Source: a virus. From it: a stretch of DNA of 64,000 nt. Within the stretch, counting starts at the first letter, position 1; every line of letters begins with the position of its first letter. This document shows, piece by piece, positions 17,097 through 27,595 of the stretch. A program made the translations under genes and the position numbers. The stretch lies in IMG/VR virus record IMGVR_UViG_3300006147_000011; one strand, written 5' to 3'. The notes beneath the pieces were generated by a model. It had not been told where the DNA came from. It saw only the letters and a list, made by a program, of their open reading frames with translations, and ran no database searches.

Positions 17097-17669
17097 ATGA
17101 CAAACAAAGAAACATTCCTCGCTATCTGTAAAGAAGATATCAAGCGAGACGGTATAAACGATTTATTGAAGTGGCTTGAAGACAGCGACTTCTTCACTGC
17201 TCCAGCAAGCACAAGATTTCACGGAAACTATGAAGGCGGTTTGTGCGAGCACTCGCTAAACGTTCATAGAGAATTGGCAAGGCTGAACGACATCTACCAA
17301 CTCGGCTATTCAAAAGAAACAATTGCAATCACCGCTCTCTTCCATGACCTTTGCAAGGTTAATTACTATAAGCGCGGAACACGAAATGTCAAAGACGAAA
17401 ACGGCAACTGGGTTGTCAAGGAAGTCTACGAAGTTGACGAGAGAGTTCCACTTGGTCACGGTGAAAAGAGCTGCATCATTTTGCAGTGGTACATAAAGCT
17501 TTCACTTGAAGAATTACTCGCTATACGTTGGCACATGGGCGGCTTCGATTCCGCCACCAAGGGCGGCGATTACAGCTTGAGCAAGGCACAAGATAACTCG
17601 AAACTCGTAACGTTAATCAGCGTCGCTGATTTGTTAGCATCAAACCTATTTGAAGAAACAAAAAAATAA
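17097..17669 (+). CDS. HD-domain metal-dependent phosphohydrolase
   Basis: H...HD motif (ITALFHDLCKV) with upstream His residues (FHGNYEGGLCEHSLNVH). Confidence 0.55.
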   Translation: MTNKETFLAICKEDIKRDGINDLLKWLEDSDFFTAPASTRFHGNYEGGLCEHSLNVHRELARLNDIYQLGYSKETIAITALFHDLCKVNYYKRGTRNVKDENGNWVVKEVYEVDERVPLGHGEKSCIILQWYIKLSLEELLAIRWHMGGFDSATKGGDYSLSKAQDNSKLVTLISVADLLASNLFEETKK

Positions 17670-17680
17670 GGAGATAAATT

Positions 17681-18001
17681 ATGGACGAAATGTTGGAAAA
17701 TTTCAGACGCCATCTTGATAGATGCGTTGTCAACGAAATCCTCAAAACCCCAAGCTACACTGTACCCATTGGCGTAATAGGACTTGACCTTGCCGACAAG
17801 ACAAGAAACATGAGGGTTATCTTTAACGACCCTACCACCATCTTAATTGTCGGCAACAAGAAGTACATTTCAAAGGCACACGATGAAAAGTTCGACGAAG
17901 AAAAAGGACTACTTATGTGTCTTGCCAAGGCGAGCGGTTATACTCACGCAAACCTTAAAAAGTTGCTTGCCAATGCACAACGCCAAACCAAGAAAAAATA
18001 A
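17681..18001 (+). CDS. hypothetical protein (106 aa)
   Basis: ORF with RBS AAGGAG. Confidence 0.4.
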   Translation: MDEMLENFRRHLDRCVVNEILKTPSYTVPIGVIGLDLADKTRNMRVIFNDPTTILIVGNKKYISKAHDEKFDEEKGLLMCLAKASGYTHANLKKLLANAQRQTKKK

Positions 18002-18016
18002 TTTAAGGAGGCAAAA

Positions 18017-18799
18017 ATGCCAGATACAGAAAAGTTAAACATTCATCAAAAGATTTTGAAGATTGCCGATGCTGCCGGTGTGCTTCAAAAAACAAAAGCG
18101 GGCTTTAACTACAGGTATGTACCCGAAGAGGAAATTCAAGCAAAAGTTACGGCTTGTATGCAGAAGTACGGAGTTATGCTCTACCCTTCCATCGTGCCAG
18201 GAACTTTGACCGTAGAACCCTATACATACCAAAAACCTAAAACGAAAAAAGGAAAAGATGACAAAGGCAAGGACATCATCATCGACTATACAGTTCCCGT
18301 TAACGAAGTCATCGTAAAAGCAGAAGTCGTTTATACGTGGGTTAACACAGACGACCCAAACGATAAATTTGAATGCAGATGGGCTTACATCGGGCAAATG
18401 GAAGACGCGGCACAAGCATTCGGCGCGGGCGCAACATACGGCAACAGATATTATCTGATGAAAGCATTGCAACTCGCAACAACTGAAGACGATCCCGACG
18501 AGTACAGAAGCAAGCAGAAAGAAGCCGAAAATTACGATTTGGAAAAGGGACAAAAAGCTGCGGCTGAAGAACTTGCAAAAGCTGTTAAAGAAGTTGTCAG
18601 CAAAGGCTCGGAGCTCATAAAGAAAGGATTTGTCCGCGAAGATGTTATGGCTGTTGTAGGAAAACTCAACGACGGCAACTCGAACCCTTCAAGCATTAAG
18701 ACGCTTGAAATATGCGCGGCGGTTATGGAAGAGTTTAAGAAACTCGAAGCATCCAAAGACGATAAAAAGTCAGGCAAACCAAAAGGAGAAACAAAATGA
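18017..18799 (+). CDS. erf: ERF-family single-strand annealing protein
   Basis: IHQKILKIADAAGVLQKTKAGFNYRYVPEEEIQAKV fits the ERF N-terminal consensus; charged low-complexity C-terminus. Confidence 0.55.
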   Translation: MPDTEKLNIHQKILKIADAAGVLQKTKAGFNYRYVPEEEIQAKVTACMQKYGVMLYPSIVPGTLTVEPYTYQKPKTKKGKDDKGKDIIIDYTVPVNEVIVKAEVVYTWVNTDDPNDKFECRWAYIGQMEDAAQAFGAGATYGNRYYLMKALQLATTEDDPDEYRSKQKEAENYDLEKGQKAAAEELAKAVKEVVSKGSELIKKGFVREDVMAVVGKLNDGNSNPSSIKTLEICAAVMEEFKKLEASKDDKKSGKPKGETK

Positions 18800-19194
18800 T
18801 TTTTAACGAAAATAAAATCTACGCAAAGGTATGGAAAGTAACGCCGTCCGAAAACGGTAAATATGTCGATCTGCAAATCACAACATCGGAAAAAGACAGC
18901 GACGGCAACTACGTCAACTCGTCGTGGTTCCCTCGCGTTATCGGCAAAGCGGTCAATACTCTCAAAGGATTAAAACGCGAAGACCGCATCATCATCACAA
19001 AATCGAAATTTACGAACGAGCGCAAGGATACAGAGAACGGCAAAAAATCCTTCTTCCGCTTCCTCATTCTCGAAGCAGAAATCGAAGGCAGCGAAAGAGC
19101 CGGCGGCAACACTCCCGCAAAAGAAGCTAAAAAGAACGATAAGCCGCAAGACGAACCAAGTACCGCGGCGGCTGAGGACGCTTGCCCTTGGTAA
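18796..19194 (+). CDS. OB-fold SSB-like protein (tentative)
   Basis: Position between erf and nuclease, OB-fold-like hydrophobic periodicity, acidic C-terminal region; no strong motif. Confidence 0.35.
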   Translation: MIFNENKIYAKVWKVTPSENGKYVDLQITTSEKDSDGNYVNSSWFPRVIGKAVNTLKGLKREDRIIITKSKFTNERKDTENGKKSFFRFLILEAEIEGSERAGGNTPAKEAKKNDKPQDEPSTAAAEDACPW

Positions 19195-19937
19195 GCGGCG
19201 AGCCAAGAAAAGAACGGTATAGCTTTTCAAAGTTGTCGGCATTTCATACTTGTAAATACGGTTACAAGTTGACATACATAGACCACAAAAAAGGAATTGG
19301 AAATTGCTTCAGTTCCTATGGTCTTGAAGTCCATTCCATTATGGAAAGGTACGCAAAAGGTGAGCTTTCACTTTGGGATTTGGTTGGAATATATGAGTGG
19401 GAATTTGACGCGGCGGTGCCCGAAAAGTTCCCCTCCACCAAATATTGCAAAGATATGCGTAAGCTGTACTACGACCAAGGACTTGAATATCTTAAGAATT
19501 TTGCAGGATATGACGACAGAAAAATTTTAGAAGTCGAATCTCAATTCGATTTAGAAATTGATGATTGGATTTTTAATGGAATAATCGACTTAGTTTTTGA
19601 AGACAAAGATGGAAAACTTATAATACAAGACTATAAATCCAAGAGTTCTTTCAAAAATAAACGCGAGCAAGCGGAATACGCAAGGCAATTATATCTTTAC
19701 GCATTGTATGTGAAGCAAAAGTATGGTAGATACCCAGATACACTTCGCTTTATGCTGATAAGGAAAAATAAAGCCATTGATATACCGTTCGTCGAAGCCG
19801 ACTTAAACGAAGCGTTAAGTTGGGCGAAAGAGACGGTGAAAGAAATCCGTGAGTGTTGGGATTTCACACCGACGTGCGACGAGTTCTTTAGCGAGAACTT
19901 GTGTAATCATCGCGAATATTGCGAGAGCAAAATATAA
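19182..19937 (+). CDS. PD-(D/E)xK Cas4/RecB-like exonuclease with 4-Cys cluster
   Basis: IIDLVFED ... IIQDYKS (D..D/ExK), N-terminal Cys (HTCKY) plus C-terminal CDEFFSENLCNHREYC. Confidence 0.6.
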   Translation: MPLVSGEPRKERYSFSKLSAFHTCKYGYKLTYIDHKKGIGNCFSSYGLEVHSIMERYAKGELSLWDLVGIYEWEFDAAVPEKFPSTKYCKDMRKLYYDQGLEYLKNFAGYDDRKILEVESQFDLEIDDWIFNGIIDLVFEDKDGKLIIQDYKSKSSFKNKREQAEYARQLYLYALYVKQKYGRYPDTLRFMLIRKNKAIDIPFVEADLNEALSWAKETVKEIRECWDFTPTCDEFFSENLCNHREYCESKI

Positions 19938-19955
19938 CATTGGAGGTATAGGCTT

Positions 19956-21917
19956 ATTCTTGTCGAGAAAGAACAAATCATAAAAGCAAAGACAAAACTC
20001 GGCGAACGAAACGCCGAAATAATTGCGAACCTATTAAACCTCGAAAAGTACGATGCTGTAAATAAAAAAGCACTATGCCCGTGGCATTTGGAAGACTCAC
20101 CGAGTTTCATATATAACCCAAAGACGTTCAGTTTTCACTGTTTCGGTTGTGGGAGGAATACAGACATCATCGATGCGTACACACACACGGGAATGACATA
20201 TCTCGAAGCACTGCAAAAACTTTTTGAGGAAGCCAAAATCCCTATCTCTTTTGGAGAAAAGGGCGTAAGAACAAAGTATCAGTACAGATACCCGAAAGAA
20301 GAACCGTTGAACGACAAAGAACACGTCTATACATATTTGGCTCAACGGCACATATCAAAAGAAACGGTAGATGCGGTTGACGTAAGAGAAGACGCACACG
20401 GAAATATTGTCTTTAATTATTACGATACAAACGATGTGCTCTGTACAGTCAAGTACAGACCTTCGCATAAAATCGATAAGACACGTGGCGATATAAAGGC
20501 TTGGTGTCAGAAAGACGCCGACGTCACTCCACTATTGTTTAATATGAATAGAGTAAACACAACCTCTCCCCTATTGATTTGCGAGGGCGAAATTGATTGC
20601 ATGGCTGCTATCGAAGCAGGCTTCACAAATGCAGTATCCGTCCCACTTGGCGCGAACAATTATGGCTGGATTGAGGAAAACTTTGACTGGCTCGAGCAAT
20701 TCGATAACATCATCATATGTTCGGATAACGACGAAGCTGGTATTAAAATGCAAAAAGAATGCGTCTTCCGTCTCGGTTCTTGGAGAACAAAGTTTATTGA
20801 TATACCTCCGTTTCATTATGATGCGGAACAAGATAAGAAGTTCCCAATGAAAGATATCAATCATGTTCTTTACTATGAGGGTAAAGACGCGGTTCTCGAA
20901 CTCATACATAACGCGAAAGACTCTCCTGTTGATAGCGTCGCAGATTTTGCCGACATTACGAACATAGACCTCGACCAAATTGACGGAATAAAAACAGGCA
21001 TACCAGAACTCGATAAGCGTTTAATGAAGTTGTTCTACGGAACATTCACTATCGTAACGGGCGTTAACGGTTCTGGCAAATCTTCGTTCCTGTCGCAACT
21101 TGTGTGCAATGCGATAGACGAAGATAAGAATGCGTTTCTCTATTCTGGTGAGTTGCCAAACTTCCAAAGTAAAAACTGGATTAACTACATTCTCGCCGGT
21201 CAACGTAACGTTCGAGAATATAGTTTCAACGGAGCAACTTACTGGAAAGTAACACCAGATGCACAAAAGAAAATGAACGAACATTATCGCGGCAAACTCT
21301 TTATTTACAAGGACGGCTATGATCACAAAGTAGACTCCATTCTAAAATCTATGGAAGACTCCACAAGAAAATATGGATGCAAGCTACATATCATAGACAA
21401 CTTGACGTCAGTAAACCTCGAAGCAAACGAGCAGAACAAGTATCAAAAGCAAGAAGAATTTGTTACACGGCTCATAGATTTTGCAAAGAAATATAATGTC
21501 GCGGTTCTCTTGGTTGTGCATCCACACAAAATCGAGCAAATGCGTAGGCTCAACAAAATGGACATTCAGGGTATATCGGCAATTATCGATTTAGCCCACA
21601 GAATTTTAAGTTTGTATAGAGTTACGCAAGAAGATAGGCGCGGCGTTCCAAATAAGCGCGGCGGCTGGTACAAAGAGCCAATTAAGTTCGATGTCTTATG
21701 TGACATCTTAAAAGATAGATTACTTGGCTTCGAGGGCAGTTCCGCCGGTTTGTATTATGACAAACCATCAAGACGCTTCTTTGTTGACGAAGAGTCTCTC
21801 GATAAACGATATGGTTGGGATGACGAAGAGTACGCTGGCGCACTCCCCTTCCCACCGCCTCAACTTTATCAGCAAGATGAAGAAGAGATTTATGGACACA
21901 TTTCTGGAGAAGGCTAA
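19956..21917 (+). CDS. bifunctional DNA primase-helicase (zinc-binding domain, TOPRIM, DnaB/gp4-like helicase); start codon uncertain (ORF-track start TTG 20088; alternative non-canonical ATT 19956)
   Basis: Zn finger CPWH...CFGCG, TOPRIM (ICEGEIDCMAAIEAGF...SDNDEAG), Walker A GVNGSGKSS; the in-frame open stretch 19938-20087 encodes the primase N-terminus but contains no ATG/GTG/TTG. Confidence 0.6.
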   Translation: MLVEKEQIIKAKTKLGERNAEIIANLLNLEKYDAVNKKALCPWHLEDSPSFIYNPKTFSFHCFGCGRNTDIIDAYTHTGMTYLEALQKLFEEAKIPISFGEKGVRTKYQYRYPKEEPLNDKEHVYTYLAQRHISKETVDAVDVREDAHGNIVFNYYDTNDVLCTVKYRPSHKIDKTRGDIKAWCQKDADVTPLLFNMNRVNTTSPLLICEGEIDCMAAIEAGFTNAVSVPLGANNYGWIEENFDWLEQFDNIIICSDNDEAGIKMQKECVFRLGSWRTKFIDIPPFHYDAEQDKKFPMKDINHVLYYEGKDAVLELIHNAKDSPVDSVADFADITNIDLDQIDGIKTGIPELDKRLMKLFYGTFTIVTGVNGSGKSSFLSQLVCNAIDEDKNAFLYSGELPNFQSKNWINYILAGQRNVREYSFNGATYWKVTPDAQKKMNEHYRGKLFIYKDGYDHKVDSILKSMEDSTRKYGCKLHIIDNLTSVNLEANEQNKYQKQEEFVTRLIDFAKKYNVAVLLVVHPHKIEQMRRLNKMDIQGISAIIDLAHRILSLYRVTQEDRRGVPNKRGGWYKEPIKFDVLCDILKDRLLGFEGSSAGLYYDKPSRRFFVDEESLDKRYGWDDEEYAGALPFPPPQLYQQDEEEIYGHISGEG

Positions 21918-24900
21918 TGAAAGTATTTCAAAACTACCATCGTCATGCGATGTACACAAACGTAAGAATATCCGACTCGGCTGTAACCCCTAAAGATTAC
22001 GCCGAGAGGGCGAAAGCCCTTGGACACGGTATCCTATCATCTGCTGAACACGGATGGCAAGGTAACTACTTTGAAACGGTTCGGCTTGCGAAAGAATACG
22101 GTCTCAAACCACTCATAGGCGCCGAGGCGTACTGGGTTAAAGACAGAACAGAAAAAGATAGAACAAATTGCCACATCTTCTTGGGAGCTAAAAATGAGCG
22201 CGGCAGACAGGCGCTGAACGACGTTTTGTCTGAAGCAAACCTTACAGGCTTCTACGGGCAACCACGACTCGACGTACCACTGCTCCTCTCGCTCCCAAAG
22301 GATGACTTAATTGTAACAACAGCTTGTATAGCATATTGGCGTTATGAAAACATTGAAGAGATAACAGCTATGCTTGCAAAGCACTTTGGCAAAAATTTCT
22401 TCCTTGAAGTTCAGTATCACAACACAGAGTCTCAGCGCGAACTCAACAAAAGAATATTGCGCTTACACAACGAACTTAAGATACCCCTCATTATGGGGTG
22501 CGATAGCCACTACATAGGCGCAGATCAAGGTCAAACACGAACCGACTTCCTCGTATCGAAAGGGTTAACATACCCCGACGAGGAAGGCTGGTTCCTCGAC
22601 TATCCTGACGGCGACACTGCATATGAAAGATTTGCAAACCAATGTGTGTTAAGCCATAACGAAATTAACGACGCTATGGACAACACAAGCGTGTTTCTTG
22701 AAGTCGAAGAATATGACAGTCCCATCTTCAACACCGAGATTAAAATGCCCTCGCTCTTCCCTACTTTGTCGCAAGAAGAAAAAAATGAGAAGTACAAGAG
22801 CTTAGTGTGGAGTGGTTGGGAAGAATACAAAAAGCAAGTGCCCGAGGATAAATGGGCTTTGTATGAGTCTGAGATTGAGAAAGAAATTAAGACAGTCGAA
22901 GACACCAAAATGGCTGACTACTTCATCGACAATTATCATATCATCCGCAAAGGAAAAGAGAACGGCGGATGGCTAACAAAAAGCGGACGTGGTTCCGCAG
23001 TATCGTTTATCACGAATATGCTGCTTGGTTTTACTGAAGTTGACAGAATTGCAGCCAAAGTACATATGTATCCCGAGCGTTTTATGAGCGCAACAAGAAT
23101 TCTACAAAGTGGTTCCTTGCCCGATATCGACTTCAACTGTGCACCAGTAGAACCATTTGCAAGAGCGCAACAAGAGATACTTGGCGAAGATCACGCCTAT
23201 CCTATGGTAGCTTACGGCACGATGCAAAAATCTGCCGCATGGAAACTTTACGCTAAATCACAAGGCATTTCTTTTGAAATAGCCAATGCGGTTTCCGAGC
23301 AGATTAAAAAATACGAGACAGCCGTTAAACACGCTCCCGAAGATGAAAAAGACGACATTAACGTCTTTGATTACATCGACAAAGAGTTCCACGAAATTTA
23401 TGAACGAAGCAAGGAATACCTTGGTTTGGTTACGTCGTGGAGTATTGCGCCTTGCTCCTATCTGCTTTATGAAGGCAGCATAAGAAAAGAAATTGGACTG
23501 GTTAAAGTTAAAGATCATATTTGCTGTATAGTTGATGGTCATGTAGCAGAAGCAAACCATTTCTTAAAGAACGACTTGCTGAAAGTTTCGGTAGTTGATC
23601 TTATCTACCGCGCTTACCATCGCATTGGTATAGAACCTCCGACCGTAACAGAACTTTTGAAAATGTGCCCGCCGGAAGATAAGGCGTGGGAAATCTATGA
23701 AAAAGGTTGCACGCTCGGCATTAACCAATGCGAGCAGACTGGTACTGCCTCAAGAGTGACGAAGTATAAACCGAAGAACATATCTGAGCTTGGAGCATTT
23801 GTGGCAGCAATCCGCCCAGGGTTCAAGTCGATGTATAAAACATTTGAAGAACGCAAGCCGTTTGCTTATGGTGTAAAAGCATTCGACGAATTGATACAAA
23901 CGGATGAAATGCCGAGTAGCTTCCTACTCTATCAAGAGCAGGAAATGGCAGCATTAAACTACGCAGGAATTGATATGAGCGACTGCTATACCGCGATAAA
24001 AAACATCGCAAAAAAACGTGTCGATAAAGTTCTTGCATATAAAGAGAAGTTCATCAATGGCTTCTCAAAAGTAATGATTGAAGATGAGCACAAGGCTCCA
24101 GAAGAAGCAGCGCAATTGTCGCAAGAACTGTGGCAGATTATCGAAGACTCGTCAAGATACTCATTCAACGCATCACACTCTTATTGCGTTGCTTTGGACA
24201 GTCTTTATGGGGCTTGGCTTAAAGCACACCACCCGTTAGAGTTCTATGAAGTGTTGCTCACCCTTGCAGAACAAAAGGGCGACAAGGATAAAATGAACGC
24301 CCTTAAAGAAGAAGCAGAAAGCTACTTCAATATAAAGTTCCCACCATTTAGATTTGGACAGGACAACCGTTCAATTAAGGCAGACATTGAAAATAATTTG
24401 ATTGTAAACTCTCTTTCCGCAATAAAGGGATTTAGCCTTTCAGTTGGCACAGCCCTATATGATTGCAGTAAAAATAACTTTACTTCTTTCGTTGACGTGC
24501 TTGCGTGGCTGGATAAAAGAGCGCTTAAAGCCTCAAAGGTTAGACCCCTCATTACAATCGATTACTTCCAACAGTTTGGCAACATTAACGAGCTTCTTGC
24601 CATCCTTGATATGTGGGAGCTGTTCAAGCAAGGTGAAGCAAAATCAATAAGAAAGGACAAAGTAACTTCTATCGTAGTTCAAAGGATATTAGAAAAACGT
24701 TGTTCTACCAAAAATAAAGATGGAAGCGACTCTGCGGCATACAAGATGGAAAGCAACCAAACTGCTATGTTATGCTTGTATGATTTTGAACAATACATAA
24801 AGCAACATTCAATTAAGGCACCGAGTATGAAAGAACAAATCCAATATAGTATGGATGTGCTCGGTTACGCAGATGTTGTTACAAATCGCGAGGAAGATCG

Positions 24901-25132
24901 GCGCAGACTTTTGATAACCGATGTCGTTCCCTTATCCAGTTCAAGCGGTGAAGTATGGTCTTACAGGGTTGGAACGCGCAGCCTCGGCAGCGGTAAGACA
25001 GCTCGACTTACAGTTAAAGCAAACATATATGACAAGAAACCAATTAAGGCTGGCGACATTGTTTATGCCGCCGACCTATACAAAAACCAAACAGGCTACT
25101 GGTATTTGTTAGCCTACAATAAGGAGGCTTAA
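21917..25132 (+). CDS. dnaE: DNA polymerase III alpha-subunit-like replicative polymerase (DnaE family) with PHP domain
   Basis: N-terminal PHP motif (HRHAMYTNVRISDS), polymerase-core GRGSAVSFITNMLLGFTEVD; 1071 aa. Confidence 0.7.
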   Translation: MKVFQNYHRHAMYTNVRISDSAVTPKDYAERAKALGHGILSSAEHGWQGNYFETVRLAKEYGLKPLIGAEAYWVKDRTEKDRTNCHIFLGAKNERGRQALNDVLSEANLTGFYGQPRLDVPLLLSLPKDDLIVTTACIAYWRYENIEEITAMLAKHFGKNFFLEVQYHNTESQRELNKRILRLHNELKIPLIMGCDSHYIGADQGQTRTDFLVSKGLTYPDEEGWFLDYPDGDTAYERFANQCVLSHNEINDAMDNTSVFLEVEEYDSPIFNTEIKMPSLFPTLSQEEKNEKYKSLVWSGWEEYKKQVPEDKWALYESEIEKEIKTVEDTKMADYFIDNYHIIRKGKENGGWLTKSGRGSAVSFITNMLLGFTEVDRIAAKVHMYPERFMSATRILQSGSLPDIDFNCAPVEPFARAQQEILGEDHAYPMVAYGTMQKSAAWKLYAKSQGISFEIANAVSEQIKKYETAVKHAPEDEKDDINVFDYIDKEFHEIYERSKEYLGLVTSWSIAPCSYLLYEGSIRKEIGLVKVKDHICCIVDGHVAEANHFLKNDLLKVSVVDLIYRAYHRIGIEPPTVTELLKMCPPEDKAWEIYEKGCTLGINQCEQTGTASRVTKYKPKNISELGAFVAAIRPGFKSMYKTFEERKPFAYGVKAFDELIQTDEMPSSFLLYQEQEMAALNYAGIDMSDCYTAIKNIAKKRVDKVLAYKEKFINGFSKVMIEDEHKAPEEAAQLSQELWQIIEDSSRYSFNASHSYCVALDSLYGAWLKAHHPLEFYEVLLTLAEQKGDKDKMNALKEEAESYFNIKFPPFRFGQDNRSIKADIENNLIVNSLSAIKGFSLSVGTALYDCSKNNFTSFVDVLAWLDKRALKASKVRPLITIDYFQQFGNINELLAILDMWELFKQGEAKSIRKDKVTSIVVQRILEKRCSTKNKDGSDSAAYKMESNQTAMLCLYDFEQYIKQHSIKAPSMKEQIQYSMDVLGYADVVTNREEDRRRLLITDVVPLSSSSGEVWSYRVGTRSLGSGKTARLTVKANIYDKKPIKAGDIVYAADLYKNQTGYWYLLAYNKEA

Positions 25133-25351
25133 TATGAAATTTATTTCTCCGATATACTGCATAAAATTCCCACCTGCTGGGTCGGTGAGCAAAGGCACAC
25201 TCAATGCCTTGGGTTGACATCCTTTATTGCGAATTGGTGATTAAGATATCCGTAAAGCTCTGATTCAAATAGCGTCGTAAAGTCTACTGCGGCACGGGAA
25301 GCCATCGGAGCATCCTTAATAGATTTGAGAAAAATTTATTAAGGAGATTTT

Positions 25352-26098
25352 ATGAGGTATATCGCAAGTTGTAGCTGTGGCAAGGACAGTCTTGCTATGG
25401 TCTACAAAATTATAGAACAACAACTCCCACTCGATGAAATTGTTTTTTACGATACGGGAATGGAGTTTCAATCAATCTATCACAACTGGGAACAGTTAAC
25501 AAGATATGCGCAAGAGCGCGGAATTAAATGCACTACCCTTCGCCCCAAGTGTCCGTTCTTATATACGATGTTTGAGCAACCGCACAAGTCTCGCAAAGAC
25601 GGAGTTGTAAGGTACGGATATGCTTGGTGCGGCGGACGTTGCCGTTGGGGTACAAGTGAAAAACTGAAAGCAATTGACAAGTATTGCGAACAAGAAGACA
25701 CAATTTGCTATGTCGGTATCGCTGCCGATGAAACGCTGAGACTTCAAAAGGAGCGCAAAGATTATAAGCGCTTCCCTCTCGCAGATTGGAATATGAGTGA
25801 AGCCGACTGCCTGCAATATTGTCAATCACACAATATCAAATGGATTGAAAAATGCCGTGATGGATACATCGACCTTTACTCAATCCTTGACAGAGTTTCG
25901 TGTTGGTGTTGTGCAAACAAAAACCAATGGGAACTTTACAACTACTGGAAGTACCTACCAGAATATTGGAATAAGCTCAAGGAGCTTCAAAGCAAGATAG
26001 CACGACCATTTAATAGGTACACAATCTTTGAATTGGAAAAACGCTTTGAACAAGGCTATATACCAATTCACCGCATCAAAAAACAAGGAGATACATAA
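25352..26098 (+). CDS. PAPS-reductase-family PP-loop ATPase
   Basis: SCSCGKDSLAMV PP-loop (SGGKDS-type) at the N-terminus. Confidence 0.55.
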   Translation: MRYIASCSCGKDSLAMVYKIIEQQLPLDEIVFYDTGMEFQSIYHNWEQLTRYAQERGIKCTTLRPKCPFLYTMFEQPHKSRKDGVVRYGYAWCGGRCRWGTSEKLKAIDKYCEQEDTICYVGIAADETLRLQKERKDYKRFPLADWNMSEADCLQYCQSHNIKWIEKCRDGYIDLYSILDRVSCWCCANKNQWELYNYWKYLPEYWNKLKELQSKIARPFNRYTIFELEKRFEQGYIPIHRIKKQGDT

Positions 26099-26349
26099 TG
26101 AAATCATTTCGCCTAAGCATTACAAGAGATGGCAAGTTGTCAATAGCTTGTCCAGAGTGTGGCTCTACCAAGGTGGAAGTTACCAACTACCCCGCTAACG
26201 AGGTTGACAAGATAAAGTGTCGCCACTGCGGTCACACGCTGTATAGACCATTCCCACAACCTAAAGGTTACCACCAATTTACGATAGACGAACTTGATAA
26301 GAATGACGAAGAGGAAAATAATGAAATTCGAGAACACACAAGTATTTAA
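26098..26349 (+). CDS. zinc-ribbon protein (83 aa)
   Basis: CPECGS ... CRHCGH. Confidence 0.4.
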   Translation: MKSFRLSITRDGKLSIACPECGSTKVEVTNYPANEVDKIKCRHCGHTLYRPFPQPKGYHQFTIDELDKNDEEENNEIREHTSI

Positions 26350-27034
26350 TTTTGAGGGCGCGTTGCGTGGTATGCGCAACCCCAAAAATAGCTGGAATAA
26401 GAGCGACAGTTGGCGGGACTATGATTGCGATAACGGCGACATTTATATGATTGGAGCGAATGATATGAAGCTCGCCACCACGCTCATCAAGGCTGGTAGC
26501 GAACACCGTAAATTTTTACGGCAAATCTTTGTGTCTGTGGATATTACCGCTCCCCTTTATTGGTGGAAAGAATTCGACACATATAAAGTCGGGACTGTTG
26601 CAAACTCAACCTCAACAATGCACAAACTGGCGTCCACTCCTATCACCATCGATTGCTTTGAAACTGACGATTATCACAGCATTGTCTTTGACACAGAAGA
26701 GCAAAACCCTCTCGCGCAAAAGATAAACGTTTTCAACGCTATTGAAAATGATCTCATTCCGTTCCTTGAAACGTTGAGGGTTGTGTACAACAAAACTCAG
26801 AACAAGCAAATTTGGAAGGAACTCATCCGCTGGCTTCCAGAGAGTTGGCTACAAACACGAACAGTAACGTTAAATTACGAAAACCTCTTGACTATTTGTA
26901 GGCATAGACGACATCACAAATTGAACGAGTGGTCTGGAGCCGACAAAATAGACCTTCCGAACTTTATATCGTGGGCACGTTCGCTCCCATATGCAAAAGA
27001 ATTCATCTTCTACGACGAAGAAACACAACAATAA
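26321..27034 (+). CDS. divergent ThyX-fold protein; canonical RHR motif replaced
   Basis: LIKAGSEH...ITAPLYWWKEF aligns with ThyX LMKHGHE...VKAPIFVARQWF, but where ThyX has RHRIASY this protein has DTYKVGT; C-terminal RHRRHHKLNEWS aligns with the ThyX R.D.HAQ.E region. Confidence 0.4.
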   Translation: MKFENTQVFNFEGALRGMRNPKNSWNKSDSWRDYDCDNGDIYMIGANDMKLATTLIKAGSEHRKFLRQIFVSVDITAPLYWWKEFDTYKVGTVANSTSTMHKLASTPITIDCFETDDYHSIVFDTEEQNPLAQKINVFNAIENDLIPFLETLRVVYNKTQNKQIWKELIRWLPESWLQTRTVTLNYENLLTICRHRRHHKLNEWSGADKIDLPNFISWARSLPYAKEFIFYDEETQQ

Positions 27035-27046
27035 GGAGAATACATA

Positions 27047-27595
27047 GTGCGCAATTTTATTTGTATATCTGGTAAAGCACAAAACGGTAAAGATACATCG
27101 GCGGAAATTTTTAAGAACGAACTCGTTATACGCGGACATTCTGTTCTGGTTATCCACCAAGCAGACTTACTCAAATATATATGCAAGTCATTCTTTAATT
27201 GGAACGGCGAAAAGGATGATGCGGGCAGAACACTTTTGCAACAGGTCGGCACAAACGTCATTCGCAAGGTTGAACCTGATTTTTGGGTTGATTTTATAGC
27301 GAAAGTCACGAGCTTCTTCAAAGACACATGGGACTATATCATTATTCCAGATACACGGTTTCCAAATGAACTCGAAAAACTCAAAGCTGATGACGCCAAC
27401 GTTTTTCACGTCCGCGTCATACGAAAAGACTTCGTTAGCCCATTAACAGAAGAACAACAACGACATCCTTCGGAGACGGCGCTGGATGGCGTTGAGAGCG
27501 ACTTTACGCTTGTCAACGATAAAGCAATCGAAGACTTATACAGCGGCGTTGTAGACATCCTTGACGCCATTGAGAAAAGAGTTAAGGAGAACTAA
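27047..27595 (+). CDS. deoxynucleoside monophosphate kinase (T4 gp1-like P-loop kinase)
   Basis: ICISGKAQNGKDT matches the T4 dNMP kinase LSGVKRSGKDT; GTG start with AGGAGA RBS. Confidence 0.55.
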   Translation: MRNFICISGKAQNGKDTSAEIFKNELVIRGHSVLVIHQADLLKYICKSFFNWNGEKDDAGRTLLQQVGTNVIRKVEPDFWVDFIAKVTSFFKDTWDYIIIPDTRFPNELEKLKADDANVFHVRVIRKDFVSPLTEEQQRHPSETALDGVESDFTLVNDKAIEDLYSGVVDILDAIEKRVKEN

